Origin: Tubulanus polymorphus
Lineage: Eukaryota; Animalia; Nemertea
Assembly: GCF_964204645.1 (NCBI RefSeq)
Contig: NC_134036.1
Location: forward strand, 10,085,859 to 10,149,858
Reading direction: 5' to 3'
DNA: 64,000 nt
Below the pieces are notes generated by a model that was not told the origin of the DNA, made no database searches, and worked only from the letters and a program-made list of their open reading frames with translations. Every line of letters starts with the position of its first letter. The stretch's first letter is position 1. Below, piece after piece: positions 58,501 to 64,000 of the stretch. A program made the translations under genes and the position numbers.

Positions 58501-58554
58501 ACCATGATATCAAAAAATATCAAAAAATAAATAATTAATTTTTTTGTTAAATAA

Positions 58555-59802
58555 ATGAGTGGGAGTTATATCAGTCCTTCTAAGATTTCTAGAATATCTA
58601 ATGCTATTAAAGCAGAAAGATCACATCATATAATTACTCATAACCCTTCAAATATTAATCCCGATGAAACTTTATATGTTAGAATTCCGAGATTAACACA
58701 AAATACTTTTTATGTTCCAAATAGTATTTATTTATCAGCTGATATAAAAGTAATCGGTAATAATAATAATTATGTTGTTGATAATGTTGGAAGATATTTG
58801 AGTAAAAAGTTAACAATAAAGATTGGTCCGGAAACAGTTTTCTCATTAGATGATTATAATTTATTTTCACATTATAAAGATTTATGGTTAACTAAAGAAA
58901 ACAGAAATAATATGATATTTCAAGGCATCCAATCAGAAAACCAAAATAAATTAAGATCAGAAGCTAATAGCGCAATATTAACAAATGATGTAGATAAATT
59001 GATAAAAAGTATATATGGAAACAAATATAAAATTCCATTAGACTTTGAATTGATAAATAATAATGCACCTTTATATAAATACGCAATTCAAGAAGATGTT
59101 ATATTTGAGATAACATTTGCTCCTGTAAATGAAATTGTAATATCTAGTGTTAATAAAGATATGAGTTATAAATTATCGAATATATGTTTAGAATATGATA
59201 CAGTAACTGATGAAAATATTGCTAGAACAATTCAAACTCAATACAACCAAGGGTTTTCATTATTATATGATTATATTGATAAATTTAAAACTGTAACTAT
59301 TAATGCAAATGATGAAATAATAAATGAGAATATTAACTTCCCAAGAAGATCTATTAAAGGTATATTAATATTTTTTACTATTGGAACATATACTAATGGC
59401 GCAATAAATGTTGACAATTATTATAATCCTGAAATAACAAAAGTAGAAATAACTATCGAAGGTATAGCGAATAAAATATTTTGTCAAGGAATGAGAATGA
59501 TAGATCAATGGGTAGAAATTAAAAAACATTTTATGAATGAAAAAGTAAAATCATTTGAAAATTGTAACATTAATCAAATTGATTATTATACTGGTAATAA
59601 ATATGCATTATGGTTAGATTTTAGAACAACTGAAGATAACTTATTACATGGTTCTGGAAAAAAACTACAAAACACTAAAGATGGAATACAATTATTCATG
59701 ACAAAGAAAAAGGGAATCAAAAATTTTAAAATGCATATTTATATTATATCTGACGCGCAATTAAATATTGTAAATTCACAATTAGATAGTGTTATGTATT
59801 AA
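58555..59802 (+). CDS. Probable double jelly-roll major capsid protein (415 aa)
   Basis: Size, beta-rich pattern (ITHNPSNINPDETLYVRIPRL...LEYD...NINFPRRSIKGILIFF...LWLDFR), high B/C conservation and genomic context. Confidence 0.75.
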   Translation: MSGSYISPSKISRISNAIKAERSHHIITHNPSNINPDETLYVRIPRLTQNTFYVPNSIYLSADIKVIGNNNNYVVDNVGRYLSKKLTIKIGPETVFSLDDYNLFSHYKDLWLTKENRNNMIFQGIQSENQNKLRSEANSAILTNDVDKLIKSIYGNKYKIPLDFELINNNAPLYKYAIQEDVIFEITFAPVNEIVISSVNKDMSYKLSNICLEYDTVTDENIARTIQTQYNQGFSLLYDYIDKFKTVTINANDEIINENINFPRRSIKGILIFFTIGTYTNGAINVDNYYNPEITKVEITIEGIANKIFCQGMRMIDQWVEIKKHFMNEKVKSFENCNINQIDYYTGNKYALWLDFRTTEDNLLHGSGKKLQNTKDGIQLFMTKKKGIKNFKMHIYIISDAQLNIVNSQLDSVMY

Positions 59803-59834
59803 AATTTTAACTTTAATAAAAATATATATAATAA

Positions 59835-60866
59835 ATGGAAGGTGGAATATATGAAATACAAACTCCAAGTGAAATGATATCAGATATATATTATATATTA
59901 CCTTATGATGAATACAGTAAGTATTTTGGAGATTACTTTAATCAATTCAAATATAGAATAAGTAAAATAGATAAGAATATTGATATAAAAATAGAAGATA
60001 ATATTGAAACAAAAATAGAAGATAAGAATGATATTGAATATAAAATAGAAGATAATGTTATACCTTCTACATCGAATGATGATAAGATTGAAACAAAAAT
60101 AGAATATAATATTGAACCTAAAATAGAAAAATCAAATGTTCAACCAAAAGATAACATCAGATGTATGTATTGTGAAGAAGATTTTGATAATTATAATGAT
60201 TATTTATTACACATCAAAAAAGATGAACATATTTTACAATTAGTAAAAACATATGCCAATATGTATAAAAATAAATGCAAAGAGGATCAGAATTATTGTG
60301 CTTTCTGTAATGAATGTATAACAAAGGCTAATTGGGCAAAACATTATAAATTAAAAACAAAAAGTGGAAATGATTCAGCCCATGCAATACAAGTATTTAA
60401 ATCTTGGTGTGAAAAATGTAAAGAATATGTAATATATGATAAACAATTGAATCATAAATACTCAATTAAACATATTGGTACAGATAATGTAATAGAAGAT
60501 CCAACAGTTATAAATCCAAAATTTAATAATAATAATATATTAGATTATCGGTGGTATAGAAAAACATTTATAGATTATTTATTGAGTAATGATATAGTTA
60601 CCATATTGAAAAAGTTAGATAACTTTAAACCAAATGTAAGTTATGCAATGAACTTATTTGAACTTAAATATGATGATTTTAGAGAATTTTTAAATAAACA
60701 TCCATCTAAAACTGAAATCGAAAATTATATTCCAAAAATATTTTCAAGAAAAACATTCAATAAATATAAATTTGGGAATCATTTAGGACTTATATCAAAG
60801 ATAATGCAAAGGGATATATATTTAGAATACAATAAGCTTAAAGAAAAATATGAAAATGAAAATTAA
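59835..60866 (+). CDS. Variable-slot multi-zinc-finger protein (343 aa)
   Basis: CMYC...H...H, CAFC...H and CEKC...H...H fingers; KIED repeats. Confidence 0.75.
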   Translation: MEGGIYEIQTPSEMISDIYYILPYDEYSKYFGDYFNQFKYRISKIDKNIDIKIEDNIETKIEDKNDIEYKIEDNVIPSTSNDDKIETKIEYNIEPKIEKSNVQPKDNIRCMYCEEDFDNYNDYLLHIKKDEHILQLVKTYANMYKNKCKEDQNYCAFCNECITKANWAKHYKLKTKSGNDSAHAIQVFKSWCEKCKEYVIYDKQLNHKYSIKHIGTDNVIEDPTVINPKFNNNNILDYRWYRKTFIDYLLSNDIVTILKKLDNFKPNVSYAMNLFELKYDDFREFLNKHPSKTEIENYIPKIFSRKTFNKYKFGNHLGLISKIMQRDIYLEYNKLKEKYENEN

Positions 60867-60870
60867 AAAG

Positions 60871-61250
60871 ATTATAGAATTCACTGTATATTGATGGATG
60901 AATGGATGAGTTGGAAGAGTTGGATGAGTTGGATGAGTGGAAGAGTGGATGAGTATAATAATATATATATATTTTACTTTTTAACACATAAATTGGAAGA
61001 ATAGTATGAGTATAAATATAATATTTATATTCTTTATTAAATTTAACACAATATATATATATTATTAAAATAATATTTAAATATAGTATAAAATTGATAA
61101 AATAACTTCAAATCAAACTCTTACTGTTTTAAAAATAAAAAACATATGTAAATTATATATTATTACACTCATCCATTCATCCACTCATCCAATTCATCCA
61201 ATTCATCCAATTCATCCACTCATCCATTAGTATACAGTGAATTCTATAAT
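60871..61250. repeat. Inverted repeat (~95-bp arms of GGATGA(A/G)T units) between convergent gene blocks
   Basis: ATTATAGAATTCACTGTATA...(TGGATGAG)n versus (CTCATCCA)n...TATACAGTGAATTCTATAAT. Confidence 0.92.
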
Positions 61251-61266
61251 ATTTTGAATTAGGATT

Positions 61267-61878
61267 TTATTTTATAAATTTATATTCATAAGGAAATTGT
61301 AATCTCATAAGTAATTTGGAACCTTTATTATTTTTTAATTTATTCATATATTCATCATGTAATTCAGTAGGTATAATTTGATTTTCTTCCAATGATTGTT
61401 GCATAGATTTTCTATCTTTGTTATAAAATAAAACTAGAAATCTTATATTCTCTCTAAAATCTTTAACAATTGAATTATATTTTTGATTTAAAACCCATGT
61501 TGTTATCCCAAAATGTCTACCAGAGAAAGCTAAATAACATAACTCACTTTCTCTAATTTTAGAATCATGTAAATTTGCGCAATCATCGATAATAAATAAT
61601 GTATTAGATCCTTTATAAATATCTAATGCAATTTTTATACAATTATCTAAATTTTCTTTTACTGTTTTAGGGTCTAATATAATAAACTTTTTTATCTTAA
61701 CTATATCTCTATTATATGTTTTATTCATTTCATATGTAGGACAGAATAATATTATATTATCAAAATGATTTTTATAAATAGTTTCTAACAAATCTAATAT
61801 GAAATGTGTTTTACCACAATTTGTAACTCCAGTAACTAACATATTATGTGGTTCAAATATAAATAAATCTTTATTCAT
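61267..61878 (-). CDS. A32/FtsK-like packaging ATPase
   Basis: GVTNCGKT, FIIDD and GRHFGI motifs. Confidence 0.93.
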   Translation of the reverse strand: MNKDLFIFEPHNMLVTGVTNCGKTHFILDLLETIYKNHFDNIILFCPTYEMNKTYNRDIVKIKKFIILDPKTVKENLDNCIKIALDIYKGSNTLFIIDDCANLHDSKIRESELCYLAFSGRHFGITTWVLNQKYNSIVKDFRENIRFLVLFYNKDRKSMQQSLEENQIIPTELHDEYMNKLKNNKGSKLLMRLQFPYEYKFIK

Positions 61879-62956
61879 TTATTCTTTTAATTTTACTAGA
61901 TAAAATCCATTCATTAAATTTATCATCATATCCTTTATATTTCACCAAAGAATACTTTTTTCCTTTAAGAGTTTTTGTTTTCAATACCTTTTCTATTTTG
62001 TATTCTATTTCATCTGGATTTGGTACTAATGATAATTCTTGTTCATAAAAATAACCTAATATTTCTTCATCTTTTAAATCAAACAATTTATAAACAAATG
62101 GTTTAGTTAATATTATCTTTTTAATTTTAAATATTTCTTCAGTAAAATTAGGGGTATAACCTTTATAAAATGTTTTTCGATATTTAGAAATTCTAACATG
62201 TTGTCCTATTTTAAATTTAGGTTCTCCAAAATCATGTGTAACAAACGCGCCATATAAATTATTCCAAACTATTTCTGAATTTTCTTCTTTTCTAGCTTGT
62301 ATAGGTTTCATATTTATAGAACTATGGTTAGAATTATTATAACCTTTCACTAAATCATTTAACACATCGATATATTTATATGTTTCATTAGCGGTGAAAT
62401 ATTTCCACATTCTAGTTTTCAATGTTTTATTAAATCTTTCTATAACAGATGCTTTTATATCTGAATGTGTTGAAAAATATTCTACATCGTTATCAGTTAA
62501 TAGTTTTTTAAAATGTTTGTTATAAAATTCTTTACCTTCATCAAATTGTATTTTATCTGGGATAGCTTCTTTAAATATTAATTTGAAAGAATTTGTAACT
62601 TCTATACCAGTTTTATTTTTGATTGGAATTGACCATGCGTATCTACTGAATATATCTATAACATTTAGTATCCAAAAATATCCTTTGTTATATTCTTCTA
62701 AGTTTTTCATATCAATTAAATCAGCTTGCCACTGTTGGTCAATATATGAAACCATTACTTTTCTTGTTAAATATTTTTTATCCATCTTTTTATGAATTTG
62801 ATATGTTGGTTGATTTTGTAACCATGATTTTAATTCACTATATTTTATATTGCTATTATCAGATTTAATTTTATTCCATAATTCTGAAACGTTAGAATAT
62901 GATACTTCACTTTCTGGGTTGTAATATAAATCTCTCAAATATTGTTCTTTTTTCAT
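61871..62956 (-). CDS. int: rve integrase with chromodomain
   Basis: QWQADLIDM, QFDEGKEF and IERFNKTLK (DDE triad intact); C-terminal chromodomain. Confidence 0.95.
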   Translation of the reverse strand: MKKEQYLRDLYYNPESEVSYSNVSELWNKIKSDNSNIKYSELKSWLQNQPTYQIHKKMDKKYLTRKVMVSYIDQQWQADLIDMKNLEEYNKGYFWILNVIDIFSRYAWSIPIKNKTGIEVTNSFKLIFKEAIPDKIQFDEGKEFYNKHFKKLLTDNDVEYFSTHSDIKASVIERFNKTLKTRMWKYFTANETYKYIDVLNDLVKGYNNSNHSSINMKPIQARKEENSEIVWNNLYGAFVTHDFGEPKFKIGQHVRISKYRKTFYKGYTPNFTEEIFKIKKIILTKPFVYKLFDLKDEEILGYFYEQELSLVPNPDEIEYKIEKVLKTKTLKGKKYSLVKYKGYDDKFNEWILSSKIKRINE

Positions 62957-62962
62957 CTTATT

Positions 62963-63358
62963 TTAATCCATTAATAATAATCTTGGTTTATTTTCAATGA
63001 CTTTATCATTTGACTTATTTTCTGGTATGATAGGTTTATTGTCATTGGAATCATCTTTATCATCAGATTTGAATTTTGATTTATATATTACACCAGATAA
63101 TATAATAACTGTTACTAATCCAATTGTAATATATAATTTATAATTACTTCCAGCATTAGAAGAATTAGATGGATTATTATTTGAATCAATACCACCGTGT
63201 GGGTGCCGTACGGCACCATCAGATAATTTCTGTGATTCATTTATATCAGTTAATTTCTTTTTCTTAGCTTTTTTTAATTCTGATGATCTTTTACCTAATT
63301 CTCTTGCCCATTTAATTTGTTTCTCGGATCTAGGCTTTTTCTTAACGCTATCACTCAT
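62963..63358 (-). CDS. Basic single-TM protein (131 aa) with a 9-aa insertion
   Basis: Homolog of 31186-31557 plus GAVRHPHGG. Confidence 0.8.
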   Translation of the reverse strand: MSDSVKKKPRSEKQIKWARELGKRSSELKKAKKKKLTDINESQKLSDGAVRHPHGGIDSNNNPSNSSNAGSNYKLYITIGLVTVIILSGVIYKSKFKSDDKDDSNDNKPIIPENKSNDKVIENKPRLLLMD

Positions 63359-63953
63359 TTATTTTAGTTAATTTTTGTTCTGATTCATTTTCTGTTTCAC
63401 TGTTTGGTTGTAGTACATCTGTTTCGTTCTTACCTGATTTATATTCCATAGGTTTGATGTTCGAAAATGTTATGACACCAGTAGAAATTAATGTCATAAC
63501 CGATCCTAATTGAAATGAAGCATAACCGACCCATTTTTGTAATTCAGTCATAACTAAATAGTCATTTTTCAAATCATTATATAATTTATTTTCATCATCA
63601 ATTGGTATTAACTGGTTACATAATTTTGAATAACATTTGACAATACCATTCGAAATAGAATCATTTATTTTAGATAATCTTGCCTCTTCATAAATCTTAA
63701 AATATTTTATTACTTTTTCTTTATTCATATTATCTAATTCTTGAAAAGTTATTGTTTTACCAATAAACTCTTTAGTTTTTCCACTCGCAATCAATAGTTC
63801 TAGATGATGCTTACAATATAAATAGTATTCATAATCTATATTGTTATTAACTTGAATAGAATTAGAAACAACTGTATCCTTATTATCACTAATACCTAAA
63901 TCATCTAATGTTTTTTCAATATCAATACTATTCTTATTAGATTTCTTTGACAT
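63351..63953 (-). CDS. Hypothetical protein (200 aa)
   Basis: Homolog of 31550-32152. Confidence 0.8.
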   Translation of the reverse strand: MSKKSNKNSIDIEKTLDDLGISDNKDTVVSNSIQVNNNIDYEYYLYCKHHLELLIASGKTKEFIGKTITFQELDNMNKEKVIKYFKIYEEARLSKINDSISNGIVKCYSKLCNQLIPIDDENKLYNDLKNDYLVMTELQKWVGYASFQLGSVMTLISTGVITFSNIKPMEYKSGKNETDVLQPNSETENESEQKLTKINE

Positions 63954-64000
63954 TTATATTAGAGAAATTTAATAAGAATAGTATTATAAGTATTATAAAA

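Larger units (their letters stand above)
54035..58557 (+). promoter_or_regulatory. Repeated T6-7-N6-7-TAAATG gene-start motif (poxvirus late-promoter-like)
   Basis: Found before the ATGs at 54052, 54394, 54640, 55083, 55534, 56939 and 58555; mostly conserved in element B. Confidence 0.65.
48572..64000. mobile_element. Polinton-like element C (same family as B, largely intact; runs off the right edge)
   Basis: Abrupt switch to very AT-rich, gene-dense DNA beginning AGTAATAGGGG; intact pPolB, penton, MCP, ATPase and integrase. Confidence 0.92.

Overview
Eukaryotic (most likely invertebrate animal) genomic DNA dominated by nested, endogenous Polinton/Maverick-type viral elements. (1) Element A (485-16991) is a complete but decaying Maverick with AGTAGT...ACTACT termini and ~410-460 bp TIRs. 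It carries pPolB, packaging ATPase, integrase, minor and major capsid proteins, protease and core proteins, plus TBP-like, PC4-like and RING genes. Its pPolB appears to be spliced to a four-exon zinc-finger leader. (2) Element A sits inside a Penelope-like retroelement (RT + GIY-YIG, inverted pseudo-LTR, hammerhead motifs). That retroelement in turn interrupts the pPolB gene of element B. (3) Elements B (18754 to ~33970, degraded, with a ~6.9 kb internal inversion) and C (48572 to beyond 64000, mostly intact) are two copies of a second, very AT-rich, intronless Polinton-like family. This family has no recognisable capsid protease and encodes many membrane proteins. Nearly all its genes start in a TAAATG context, and the structural block has a T-run upstream, matching poxvirus late-promoter architecture. 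I infer a possible endogenous hyperparasite of a pox-like virus. (4) The host interval (34-48.5 kb) holds two paralogous, intron-containing secreted knottin peptide genes, MITEs and a second Penelope remnant. All family assignments come from motif recognition by eye; no database searches were run.
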